A DNA stretch of 64,000 nucleotides, taken from assembly GCA_977018835.1 (NCBI GenBank), contig OZ361259.1, positions 3,596,001 through 3,660,000 on the forward strand. The letters are read 5' to 3'. The first letter of the stretch is position 1; each line of letters starts with the position of its first letter. The notes beneath the pieces were generated by a model that was not told the origin of the DNA, did not search any database, and saw only the letters and a list, made by a program, of their open reading frames with translations. The DNA is from Minutocellus sp. GHC0000111. Its lineage: Eukaryota. Positions 32,549-43,913 of the stretch are shown here, piece after piece. Made by a program: the position numbers and the translations under genes.

Positions 32549-34024
32549 ATGGCAATCATCGTATCTTCTTGTCATCTTGTCGCCCATACGCAACCATACG
32601 CAACGCTCTGTACCATATCGCATAAAATGAAGAACCACAATTCGCGAAAGGTTCCAAAGAAGGAAACGCCAAGCATAAGAAGGCGAGCAAGAAAGAGAAG
32701 AATCAATGGCAAGCAAAAAATCGGACTCATCGCCGAACGTATTAATGGGCCTGGTTTGGGCGGGCCGATGGCTGAACACTCATACCACCACGTCTCCAGC
32801 TTCAGCTTCTCTGCTACAGGTAGCCGTGTGTCGTCAGCATTTTCACACGAGGAAAACAACCAACGCCAGCGACATCTGCCGTCCAATACAGGGGCCGTTC
32901 GAGCCGAGTGGCGTGCCTGGCCGCAACAACTACTGATGCCTCTTCGGATCGTCCACAATCTATGCTCAGACGACGATAGTGTCATTAATGATGACGACCG
33001 CGGCAATCAATTTCTCGGATGGATTCCAGCCCTTCGTGCCGCCATCGACTCCTACGTCACCGCCATACCAGCACTAACCACCACCATTGAGACCGATGCC
33101 TGCCAGCCGATAGCGAACGCAAATCTAACGCACGTGGTCAATGCCTTGCACGTCGTGTACGGAACGTGCGGGGCAGATTGCTGCGGCAAGACGGACGTGG
33201 AGTACAAATACCGTCTCGACGCTCAGGGAAACGTCGTGATTATCAGGTACAGCGGTCTCATTCGTTTGGATCCCGCCTGTTTCGCCGCCAGCGCCAGTGA
33301 TGGCACGAACAACGACGATTCTCCACAAAAGAACAAAAATACCGTCGATCGAGCCAAACAGTATCTCATCTGCCATGAGTTGGGCCATGCACTAACTTTG
33401 GGTCATAACAACCATAACCCTGACAGTTGCATGGGCGATTATGATCCAGCCGTTGGGAATTATCTGCCAGGAACGGATGATTTGAACTTGATTAATGACG
33501 AGATATATCCCTTCTCAGCCACGACTATCGACGAATCGAAGAAGTTGAAAGGCGGGGAAGAATCATCGCCGCTGCGAACAAACCAAGAGGCCGATAAAAA
33601 ATCGGACATAATCCTGATCGAGCCCAACATTCAGCCCAGAGATTCAAGTGTAGCACAGCCCCTGAATTTCGAGGAGAGCCGTGGTGATGGCGTCGAGTTA
33701 GATGGATTGAATCGGGCTCGTCCGTTGTATGATTCCGCTCACAAAACGGATTACTCCTGCATTTCTGTAGGAGAGGAGGAGGAGGGTGAAATAGGTAGAA
33801 TATCAGGCGCCGGCATAGCCATTGTGTGTCTATCATTGGTGACATTGCTTGCCTTGTTGGTGATTGCATTTGTGCTGTTTTGGCAAAGAAGTAATAGCAT
33901 GGCGGCGGATTTGTGCGAAAGAGGAGACGGTCGATCCAAGAAGACTTTGGAAACGGCGACGCCGGCAAACGTATCTTTTGAGGCAATGCGGAAAGACGAC
34001 GATGCGTTCAATGACAATGCATGA
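32549..34024 (+). CDS. Membrane-anchored metzincin-type metalloprotease (start uncertain)
   Basis: CHELGHALTLGH zinc motif followed by a Met-turn (DSCM); C-terminal TM helix IAIVCLSLVTLLALLVIAFVLFW. Confidence 0.7.
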   Translation: MAIIVSSCHLVAHTQPYATLCTISHKMKNHNSRKVPKKETPSIRRRARKRRINGKQKIGLIAERINGPGLGGPMAEHSYHHVSSFSFSATGSRVSSAFSHEENNQRQRHLPSNTGAVRAEWRAWPQQLLMPLRIVHNLCSDDDSVINDDDRGNQFLGWIPALRAAIDSYVTAIPALTTTIETDACQPIANANLTHVVNALHVVYGTCGADCCGKTDVEYKYRLDAQGNVVIIRYSGLIRLDPACFAASASDGTNNDDSPQKNKNTVDRAKQYLICHELGHALTLGHNNHNPDSCMGDYDPAVGNYLPGTDDLNLINDEIYPFSATTIDESKKLKGGEESSPLRTNQEADKKSDIILIEPNIQPRDSSVAQPLNFEESRGDGVELDGLNRARPLYDSAHKTDYSCISVGEEEEGEIGRISGAGIAIVCLSLVTLLALLVIAFVLFWQRSNSMAADLCERGDGRSKKTLETATPANVSFEAMRKDDDAFNDNA

Positions 34025-34557
34025 TGATGGCCAAATTGATATAATAATTGTCAATAGGAGGGTATGGCATAAGAGTGTCCAAAGTTTGCAGTCCTGGATA
34101 TCGACGAGATCACATTTGTATTGTGCGTGGAATAATCAGATGACCCATGCATCCCTGCTTTTAGTTGTTCAGTTAGGTCTTTGGATAATAGAGCTTCGTT
34201 TGGGTGGCATGAATTCATCTGCGCATTTCGTTTTCAAGATAAGATTACCATGCTGTTGGTTTCTATCAATAACTGACTTTGAGGTCTATAAGAGCTTCTC
34301 CAGTACTAGCTAGCAGATGATAAAAAATGTACTCGGTTCTCCTCTGATGACAATTTTGAATATTATGCTACTGGTAACTAATACACATGTATCGAACAAA
34401 CCATTGCCCGAAGAATCCGAAGATTGCCTTCCCACATACAGTCATATGCACCAACTTTTTGTATGATGGCATGATTTGGCACGCAGTAGTGTCTGTTTGA
34501 AGTGCCCCGACTCATCTCGCGACCGAGTGATGAAAGCCGACCCAACGAAGCACGTGC

Positions 34558-35706
34558 TTAGAAGAAAGACAGGACACTGGCAAAGGCGTTGGACTTGGCG
34601 ATGATACCGGGAATGTCCTCGTTCATAAGAAGGCGCCCGTTCAGAACCTCCAGCGCCAAGACGCCCCGCGCCACGTCCTCTTCATCGTCTGACTCAGTCA
34701 TTTCTATTGCTATCTCCTGGGGCGTGATGCGATCGGCATCGGCACCAGCTTCGCGGTCGATATCAGCGCCGGCTTTCACAAGCATGGCAATCGTTGCAAG
34801 GCAACGGCTGAAACGATTCTGGGAGTCATCAGGGCCCAGGTTCCACAATTCGTACAACGCGGAGTGAAGTGTAGTTTCCTCTTCGTTGCTAAGCACGTTG
34901 ACATCGCACACTTCATGATGGAGGACAAAGTCGAAAAGCTGAAGCTCAAAGGAACGCATGGGCGTGGACTTCGAAAAAAAGTTGCTGTTCATAAATGCCT
35001 TCAAAAATGCTTCCCAGTCGTTGGAATCAAGGCAGTCCGTGACAACCCCGGCGATACTCCTATTGGCTCCAGCGGCACCCTCTCCATATGGGAGGAACTT
35101 GGAGATGCCGGCGAGGACCTCCAGGGGCATCTCGAGTTTTTGTTTGCCCTGACGAAGGACGGCCTTGCTGCCGTTGGTGATCGTAGCAGTGCCAATCTTG
35201 GAGATGGCGGCAGGGGGCGCCTCGGCGTCATCTTCGTCATCTTCAGCCTCGGCGTCAGGCTCGATCTTGGTCTTGCCGGCAGCAGCAGTCGCATTACCGG
35301 TGAGCGTCATGGCCGCCAGAGCCGAAGCAGTAGTAACAGCCACAGTTGTAGCAGCCGGCTGCTGATCACCGCGGGCCAGCGTCATCCGGCCGACGTCGAG
35401 ATCGGTACCCGCATCCAACCCCCTGTCTTCTTCGGCAGCTTCCGAGCCGGTGCCGCCAGAGCCGAACGAACAGCCATCATCATCACCGGCTGAGGCATCA
35501 TAGTCAAAGCGAGTACGAGAACGAGAATCACCATTGTTGCCGTTGCCGTTGCCCTCGGCGGCCTCCTCCTCTTGCCGCAGCAGCTGGTCCTGCCGATCGT
35601 CCGAGGCCAGCGGCGCATCAGTCATGATGGTCCCAACCTTCGCGGTGCCTTGACGGCGCGTACTGTTGCCAGTACCGGTAGTATTGCAGCTCATCTTGAG
35701 CTTCAA
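34558..35706 (-). CDS. Ankyrin-repeat protein, possibly with an F-box-like segment
   Basis: CDVNVLSNEEETTLHSAL; MLVKAGADID..ITPQEIA; upstream MPLEVLAGISKFLPY. Confidence 0.6.
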   Translation of the reverse strand: MKLKMSCNTTGTGNSTRRQGTAKVGTIMTDAPLASDDRQDQLLRQEEEAAEGNGNGNNGDSRSRTRFDYDASAGDDDGCSFGSGGTGSEAAEEDRGLDAGTDLDVGRMTLARGDQQPAATTVAVTTASALAAMTLTGNATAAAGKTKIEPDAEAEDDEDDAEAPPAAISKIGTATITNGSKAVLRQGKQKLEMPLEVLAGISKFLPYGEGAAGANRSIAGVVTDCLDSNDWEAFLKAFMNSNFFSKSTPMRSFELQLFDFVLHHEVCDVNVLSNEEETTLHSALYELWNLGPDDSQNRFSRCLATIAMLVKAGADIDREAGADADRITPQEIAIEMTESDDEEDVARGVLALEVLNGRLLMNEDIPGIIAKSNAFASVLSFF

Positions 35707-36035
35707 GGAGTGATGGCTCGGTTGTCAATCTCGCCATTGCTTTTCGGCGGCAAATTAGTGCCACGTCATCAAGTGTAAAAAAAGAAACCAAAACCCCTCT
35801 CCCACCCTTTTGAGGTCCGTGGGGTCGACGTCCAATGGCTGGAGCCTCAGTTCGACGACCAAAGACTTCCTACATGTAAATTAGTAGAAAGACGATAGGG
35901 ACGATACATGAACTCTGTACATTCAATATTTTCCTAAATAAAAGATTACCGGCCGTATGACCCTTTCCGGCATTGCAGCAGAGGCCGTCATCGCCCCGAG
36001 GAAGTGATGGTGCCGGCATCAGTTCTCTACCGATA

Positions 36036-36411
36036 AAAAACACAACAATCAACCAAACAAACATTTTCATGCATGTCTTGGGCGTGCATCTCTGCATTTC
36101 TGGGTGGATTGGGCGACTGTGACTCTCACGGTGTGTCACTTCTCATCCGCGGCCCTTTTTTCGCGAACTCGAACACAGGTTGATTGTTTTGAATTATGCT
36201 TTCTCACACAACAACAGTCCAATCAAGCTGAAACTTTCGCAAACGTAGCGCAATGGTGTCGGCCAGCCTCGGGAATGCCCATGTCTTACCTTGCAAATGT
36301 GTAGCGGCCAAGAGCGGGGGGGTCACCATGATGAGCTTCATTCGGGAGAAAAAATGGATGGGGCGTCGGTCTTTCCGTCGTCCGTCGAGGGCCGGACAAC
36401 GCGAGCGAAGT
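36036..36411 (+). repeat. ~370-bp dispersed repeat; second copy at ~42177-42535 inside the Chapaev-like element
   Basis: Colinear high similarity from CACAACAATCAACC to ACAACGCGAGCGAAGT. Confidence 0.9.
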
Positions 36412-37083
36412 GTGCGCGAAATGGCGGGACCACAAAATGTCCGGTTTCGGTCCACGGAAAGTCGGAACACGGAAAGTCGGAACAAGCCCGAGTCGATTGA
36501 GCCAGAGTGGAAGGAGGAGGCCGATGTCAACGTCCCTTGGTTGTCTGGCCACTTTAGCCGTGAGGCAAGACAGGAGAAGCGCCACTGCCACTCAGCGCTA
36601 ATTGGAGCAAGGCAGGATGTTTTTTCATTCTTTCTTTCACACTGCGTTGACGACGCAGCTTTCATTTTTTGATGAGAGTCGAGTCGAGAGGACGCTGTGT
36701 GAAAAAAAGCAGCGACGCTGATCGTTCGTGACTTTCGTAAATTCCGTCTTGATGTTCGTTCTTACTGATGCAAATGGAGCTACCTATCCAATTGGATTTG
36801 GTTCTAACTTTTCATTATGACAGACAGATTTAAGCTGTGCTTAGCGGGACGACACCACCACCACCACCACCACGCATCTCTTTAATGCAAAATTCCCCCC
36901 GAAATGTAAAACCCCCTTAAGGCTAAATAGGGGGAAGCTTTGGGTGTCCCCTTTATTTATTGATGAAGTACCTCTATTCTCAGAACTCGTGGTAAAGAGT
37001 TTCACGCGGGAAAATTTCAAATGCCATGCACATGTCAAAACAACTAAATGTTTCAAAATGTGTCCAAAATTCAAAAAAAAAAG

Positions 37084-37275
37084 TGACTCGTTGGACTGTT
37101 TCGAAATCACATTAGGCTTTACATCATCTTGACAACACAGAAAGTATTGAATTTAGTCAAACGAGTCAACTTGACTAATTGGACTGATTTCGAAATCACA
37201 ATAGGCTTTGCATCATTATGACAACACAGAAATTATTAAATTTAGTCAAACGAGTCATCTGACTCGTTTGACTGA
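37084..37275. repeat. 88-bp tandem repeat (about 2.2 copies) with palindromic junctions
   Basis: Units start at 37084, 37172 and 37260; junction AGTCAAACGAGTCA-TC-TGACTCGTTTGACT. Confidence 0.85.
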
Positions 37276-37726
37276 GCAAAATTTTTGTGGGCTTGAGTTG
37301 GTCAGCAAGGTCGGAAGCGGACACTTTGTTTCGGAGCAAGAGACGTTTGCGGAGGAAACAACGTTGGCAAGGGATGTGAGCTGCTCTTCAATTCCTGCTC
37401 TGGGTGCTTGTCTCTCCGCTGCTTTCGTCTTGCGTCAGAGCTACTGTTCAACAAATGGGCGGACTGACGACATTGTTACCGACCGGTGGCCCTGTCATCA
37501 CTCTGTGAGCCGAATCAAAATAGTGTTGTAGTGGCTACGTGTCAATGCAACAAACGTGGCTCATGTTGTCCAGTGGTAATCACGATCCGCGGTGATGAAG
37601 ATAGTGAAGATGCAGATTAAAAATGCAATAGTCACGATCGATCGAATCTTTACGATATTGCATTATTGTTATGGGCATAGCAATCCAAATAATTTCATAG
37701 AAGCATTCACATTATAATGTCTAAAA

Positions 37727-38154
37727 ATCAATTTATTCCGGCGGCAAAAACAGAATCGCCGAGTGAACGGGACGAGAAGGTTCCGGCGGCGCTGTATCTT
37801 TCGTTGCATTACACGCGTCTGAACAGATATTTGAATCGACTTCTGCCTTCTTCTTATGATGCGTTTCCATCAATTTATTCCGGCGGCAAAAACAGAATCG
37901 CCGAGTGAACGGGACGAGAAGGTTCCGGCGGCGCTGTATCTTTCGTTGCATTACACGCGTCTGAACAGATATTTGAATCGACTTCTGCCTTCTTCTTATG
38001 ATGCGTTTCCATCAATTTATTCCGGCGGCAAAAACAGAATCGCCGAGTGAACGGGACGAGAAGGTTCCGGCGGCGCTGTATCTTTCGTTGCATTACACGC
38101 GTCTGAACAGATATTTGAATCGACTTCTGCCTTCTTCTTATGATGCGTTTCCAT
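37727..38154. repeat. Three apparently identical 142-bp tandem copies of the 3' end (last ~45 codons + stop) of the NAGPA-family gene
   Basis: ATCAATTTATTCCGGCGG.. at 37727, 37869 and 38011. Confidence 0.95.
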
Positions 38155-40113
38155 ATTATCCGTAACATGTTCCACCGCTTCGACTTCGGTATCGCCAGTA
38201 TTATTCTTATTTGCAGCCGCCTTGATCTCGGTGGTACTCAAGCATACGACCATATGCCCATGGGTCTTGTGGCAGATGACCATTCTCTTGCTACTGCCAC
38301 CATCCAAATTCATAGCCTTGACGCAACCCAGCGCCTCCAATAGGTTGGCGGTACCTCGGAGGGTCAATCCCAACGCCTGATCTAAGTTCCGTCCGTCGAT
38401 GGCAACCATCACCACCTCCCCGTTCTTGGTAATGCCGGCGCCCATTCGAGGCAGGAGATTGCGATCAAAGGTCTCGTCTTGTGAGAATGTGACGGGAGGG
38501 GCGCTGCCTCGAAAGTCCTCGGCAGCGAGCTCAAGTGCATCGTCGGCATCGTGATCGAACGCCAATAATATTGGGCCGCCAGCCATTGCAGCGGCCATCC
38601 GAGCGTGATTTACTGATATCGTAGACTCGGTGTCTTCATCGCTGTTGCTATTGCTGGCGTCGTTAGAATCGGTAGTACCGGTAGTAGCATGGTAGGTGAC
38701 CAAATCTTCGGCAATAATTTTGCCGGTGGTAGACAAATCCTCAATGACATGTGCATACCACTTTTTGCTTGCCACGACAAATCCAGCGAGCGGTATGTTG
38801 ATGCAATTGTTGGTATTGGCAATCGGACGACCTCCATGATTCTGGCACACTACCACCTCGACAACTTTGTTCCCGACGATAGATATAGCGACCTCCCCTC
38901 CCTCTAGCGATACCGTTTTGGCATCAGCACGGGTAGCGTACCGAACATCATCCTCGCCAACCCTTAGTTCCAGAATCGGTGCGGTCGCTTCGGAGATACT
39001 ATCCGCGGCAGCATTGGTACCGTCCGAGGTCTCCAATCTGGCACTACCTGCATATATCCGAATGACCATTCCCTCCATTCCAACTCTATGGATGCTAATC
39101 TCTCCGCTACTTTCATCTAGCATAAGAGCTGCTCTTCGATAAACGGGCGGATTGATTATTTTCCCATCTGTTACCAGCAGCCCCACGGGATCCGTCCTCT
39201 TACTTGGCAAGTCAATGTCGGGTTCGGAGTAGAGGAAGAATCCACCGCTGATGGCAGCCAGAGCACCGCTTTGCTTCGCCAGCTGAACCAGGTCGGTACA
39301 ACCTATCGTGCCGGTAGCGGCATTGGGAACGGTACGGGCATCGACGCATCTCATTCGAGCACATCCCGACGATATGCGCAACACGTTGATGTGCACGGGA
39401 CCAAAGTCGGAGGTCTGGCCAGCAATCGTTGCATGACGGAAGCCTGGCACAAATTCCTCGTATTGGAGCGCAGATTGATCGTCGTTGCTCGATGGTTCAT
39501 TCGCATCATTACTAGGCCCACCCGCCCTCGCCTTGACCAGCTCAATGAGTGTCGGATATCCGCTCCGTTCCTCGGCATTCTTTCCGAGGACAAGGGATTG
39601 GCTCCAGATAAAGTCAACGAGGGCACGAATGCGGAGTGCTTTTGGCCCTCGGTCGTCGGATGCAGATAAAATCTGCACGGCCCGACGGTGCAACGTCAGA
39701 CGCAGGAGGGTGTTGACATCGACTGATGCTGCTGATATCTCATCGTTTTGACTCGTCGCCGTTTGGTTGGCATTTTCGCCCAATAACAACTTGGTGACGG
39801 AGACGAACCTCCGCGCAAACATTTGTGCCTGGTCGTCGTCGATCTCCTCCACCAGCACCTTTCGTATCTCGGCAGATATGCTGTCGGCATCCGCCCCACC
39901 GTCGTCGGGATCGAGCGAGGCCGGCCCAGGTGCATCGTCGGCACCGAATGAATTGAGGACGGATATCAAGTCTTCGGCCGACGCATCGCTCATTTTGCAC
40001 GAGTCACCGGCATTTGCAGTGCTGGCTGCACTCGACCGACGCCACTCTGAGACGACTGCTGTGGCCAGAGTGAGCCACGTGGCGGTGGTGACTGTGGAGG
40101 TGTTGGTCGTCAT
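38017..40113 (-). CDS. Phosphodiester glycosidase (NAGPA-family) domain protein
   Basis: AISGGFF, AMAGGPILL, PRMGAGITKNGEVVMVAIDGRN..GLTL..AMNLDGGSS. Confidence 0.85.
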   Translation of the reverse strand: MTTNTSTVTTATWLTLATAVVSEWRRSSAASTANAGDSCKMSDASAEDLISVLNSFGADDAPGPASLDPDDGGADADSISAEIRKVLVEEIDDDQAQMFARRFVSVTKLLLGENANQTATSQNDEISAASVDVNTLLRLTLHRRAVQILSASDDRGPKALRIRALVDFIWSQSLVLGKNAEERSGYPTLIELVKARAGGPSNDANEPSSNDDQSALQYEEFVPGFRHATIAGQTSDFGPVHINVLRISSGCARMRCVDARTVPNAATGTIGCTDLVQLAKQSGALAAISGGFFLYSEPDIDLPSKRTDPVGLLVTDGKIINPPVYRRAALMLDESSGEISIHRVGMEGMVIRIYAGSARLETSDGTNAAADSISEATAPILELRVGEDDVRYATRADAKTVSLEGGEVAISIVGNKVVEVVVCQNHGGRPIANTNNCINIPLAGFVVASKKWYAHVIEDLSTTGKIIAEDLVTYHATTGTTDSNDASNSNSDEDTESTISVNHARMAAAMAGGPILLAFDHDADDALELAAEDFRGSAPPVTFSQDETFDRNLLPRMGAGITKNGEVVMVAIDGRNLDQALGLTLRGTANLLEALGCVKAMNLDGGSSKRMVICHKTHGHMVVCLSTTEIKAAANKNNTGDTEVEAVEHVTDNMETHHKKKAEVDSNICSDACNATKDTAPPEPSRPVHSAILFLPPE

Positions 40114-40425
40114 GCTGTCGTTCTTCGCCTCTAGAGAAGTAGTAGTCGCGCTGTATGCTGGCGATCGAAGTTAATGATTGCTGGTCCAGCAGGCGTCCAG
40201 TTGAACGCAGCGCCGCAAGGGACTGCTGCCGGTGAATGTGAATGAAGGCCGTGAAGCGAAGTGACGCACGACGATGTGGCATGGCATGCCCGCCGCTATC
40301 TTATCTCGCCATCTGGTGGTTTTTGAGAGCACAAAAAGACATGTGTTTTTGTCTTTTCGAGGAAAAGGCACGGCAAAAATGAGCAAAAGGCCTGAGGGGC
40401 GGCCGAGTAAAAAAGAGAAGCGGCC

Positions 40426-43400
40426 CACAGCACCATCTGCCAGCCGGATGACTCGCATACTTTTGGTCGCACTTTCGGTGGCCGGCCGGCGCGCGAAGCA
40501 ACCGACCGGCGCGCCCAACGCGAGCCACCATGGCGGCAAAAATTCAAATTGCCGCCGCTACGTGCAGAACGAAGGCGATATCTCGCGCTGGTGTGGGAGA
40601 ATTACGGCACGAGACCAACCAGGTACTCCCGACATCCTGGTGATATTCCCATTGGTCTCGATCCATAATTCTCCATGAGCAAAAAAATAACGGCCGCAAT
40701 CCCGCGGTCAACACCGCAGACAGAATTGCGGTGCAGGACGCCCTGGCTGAACTACTCGTCCGTCTTCGCAGAAAGGAACTTCATTACTACAATTTCATCG
40801 GCAACAACAACGACTCCTTGATGAATGTGTTAGGATGCAGTCCCATCATGTACGGCGCCGTCATGTACACTGCGGGCATCTTGGGTTTGAAGAAGAAGAA
40901 ACACGAAGACTGCGACAGTGTTTTTTGTGAGGACAGACAACCAGAATGGATGGGATGAAATGGTATCAAGACACTGCCTTGCCGACGACGTTCAGCGAAC
41001 CCCATACAAAAAGAGCATATTTGTTCGCCTCGGTTCTATCAATCCTCGTGCAGCCGACGCTCTCCATGATGATGGATGGATGGCTTTCGACATGGTCACG
41101 GTCGAGCAACAATTTCGCCTCGAAATGCCGCCGCCGCGGCTCAATTTGACGAAGGCATGTAATGCATTCCTCAAGTCGGTCGCACCACATATATTGGTGG
41201 GATGTGCGGCGATGGACTACGAAATCAACAGGCAGATGTTGCTCGAGGCCCAGAAGTTCCCTGGTGGGTGTAATGGCCAGGACGATGGGTGGGACAATGA
41301 CGACGACGATGTTGGGACGGTGGGCACCCTGACCACGACGGAGACCGGCGAGATCAGTGAGGACGATGACGACGAAGACGAGGACTATGTGCCCTGTTAT
41401 AAGGACCAAGCTGATGTTGCAAGAGAGGACGCTACACATGAAGCATGCATGCAGCAGCACTTTGAGAAGAGTCGTCAGAAGCACGGTGATGGCGAGCCAG
41501 AGATGGGAGCTGTCGATGATGCCGAGGATGACGATGCCCCTCACTTCCATTTCCTGAAAAAGGCCGGCATTGAGGCGGCCGACTCAGGTAAAATAAGGGC
41601 AGTGCTGGCAGAATGCTGGAGAGCTTTATCTGTTAACATTTCTGATGGCAACAACAACAAGAAGAAACCAAGGACAACAGAGTTCATCCACCACAACACC
41701 TCCACCAAAGGAACTCTCCTAGAGCACAATCGCGAGGAAGATGGCATGACGGATGACGACATCAAAGAGCTCTGCAAAGCTTGCTCTAATTTGCTCCACA
41801 CTCTTGACGCAACATGTTCCAGGTTTCTGAAATGGTGAGTTGGTCCAGCCAGCTTTAGGTGAGCCGCTCGACCCAAAAACTGGACATTCGTCTTTCCGTC
41901 GTCCGTGTTTCCAACGAGGCGAAGTACGGGAAAAGTCGCAATTTCCTGCCGGACCAACTTTTCCCCCTGAAATATGGCAAAATGACTTGATCGAGCCGGC
42001 CTGCCTCGCTTACGTCCCCACTCTAGACACATTCAAGGTTGGGGACATCGAAGGTCCGGCTCGAAAATTCCGCACACATGCTGAGCTATCGAGGGGGAAA
42101 AATCACGCACAAAAATCGATGACGACGCACGAAAATTTGCTCTCATTGGCGGCCGATTCGGGGGCGGATACGAACAAAAACCACAACAATCAACCATACA
42201 AACATTTTCATACATATCTTGGGCGTGTGTCTCTGCATTTCTGGGTGGATTGGGCGGCTGTGGCTCTCACGGTATCACTTCTCATCCGCGGCCCTTTTTC
42301 GCGTACTCGAACACAGGTTGATTGTTTTGATTTATATTTTCTCATACAATAGCATGCCAATCAAGCTGAAACTTTCGCATGCGTAGCGCAATGGTATCGG
42401 CCAGCCTCGGGAATGCCCATATCTTACCTTGCAAATGTGTAGCGGCCAGGAGCGGGGGTCACCATGATGAGCTTCGTTCGGGAGAAAAAATGGACGGACG
42501 TCGGTCTTTCCGTCGTCCGACAACGCGAGCGAAGTTAGCAAAATCTCCAATGTCCTGAAGTGCCTCTCACCTGAAATGGGACCAACTCTGGTACATGAAA
42601 TGGGATGATGAGGCAAAGAAGGCTGTGAGAGAGCTTGAAGCATTGATTGCAAGTGCCCTCAAGCAAGCACGGGCAATCGGTATTAGCATAACGCCCAAGT
42701 GGCACTTACTCGAAGATCACATCTTGGACCAACACATTTGGCTAGTGAAGAATGGATGGGGCGGCGGCATCCATTGGCTCGACGAATCATTTGTAGAGCG
42801 AGCCCACCAAGAGGGCGTTAAGGAAGACCGTCGGACTCAGGGCGTCAAGGGATATGAGGCCCAACAGACGGCGCAGTTAAAGGCTGAGGAGAGGGCATCC
42901 AATCCAAAGGTCGAGGAGAGGCGGGAGCGAAACTCTCGGGTGGCAAGAACAAGGAAAAGGACAAGGACCGAAGAAGCTGTTAAAGCAGAAACTGATGACA
43001 AGCGCCAACAAATGATCATGATGGCCACCGATGGAGATGAGGATGTAGAGATGGGAGCAGGGCATGTATAAAATTAGAAAATGAAATTACACTACTACTA
43101 CACAATAACAAATGAATTGCATAAAAAATCCAACTTTTACAAACAGCATCGCGATTGAGCAAAAAAGTAAATGGTACACCCAAACAAACACATCACGTCC
43201 TTCTTAACTCACCCATTTATCTCCCAGACCAAAAAGTCCCTTTGTCGGGTTGATTGTTGCATAAACTTATCCCAATACTATCTGTCTCTCCTCGGGCGCA
43301 AAATTATTGTCGGATTTCCGGGAGGTCGAGTGGGGATGCGATCGGTCGGGATCAGCGAGAGTCGGTCATACGGGGGGTGCGGCGCAATCCCGGCAGTTTA

Positions 43401-43799
43401 TCATCAACAACAACGTGGGAAAGTACCAGAGGGTCTGGGGCATCACAACGGGAGCACGACGAGCACAAAGACGAGCAATGGTGCCACCCCAGAGAAACGA
43501 ACGAACGGCCGACAGATGGGGAGGAAAAGTAGGCCGATGGTTCGTGGCGTTGATACGCAGCGGAGGCCAATCTGAGGATACAGTAAGCTTCAACTATATC
43601 CAAACATGATAATGAATGCGTATTTGGTACGAAAATATAGTTATACGCCGGCGCAACGCCGACGGACCACCATGGTGTTGGACGGTCAAAGAATGGGTGA
43701 CGAACGAGATTGGGTTTTGGTGGGTTTCTTCGTGACGTGTTCGTCTTCTGCCGAAAAACGCTTCATCCGACCGGCGAAACAAGACGAGATGGGGCTGTG
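40426..43799 (+). mobile_element. Chapaev-like (CMC) DNA transposon, internally deleted
   Basis: Termini CACAGCACCATCT and AGATGGGGCTGTG (12/13 inverted match); 4-bp TSD GGCC at 40422-40425 and 43800-43803; transposase C-terminus inside. Confidence 0.8.
40675..43071 (+). pseudogene. Chapaev/RAG1-like transposase remnants (frameshifted N-terminal part 40675-~41834; C-terminal part ~42537-43071)
   Basis: GISITPKWHLLEDHILDQ..GGIHWLDESFVERAHQ matches the TPKxHxxxxH..ExxExxH pattern; donor gtgagt at ~41835; central DD region not seen. Confidence 0.7.
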
Positions 43800-43913
43800 G
43801 GCCGCCCGTCAATCTTCCGATGAATCTAGAGGAACTTTGACTGGTGACGCGACGAATCGCTTGAATGGCGGCGGAGTGGCCATAGCATACTACTACGTAG
43901 AACTCTTTATGCT

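Noticed and set aside
36890..36960. CCCCC-TTAA-GG as transposon termini
   Set aside because: No matching inverted end found in this window.
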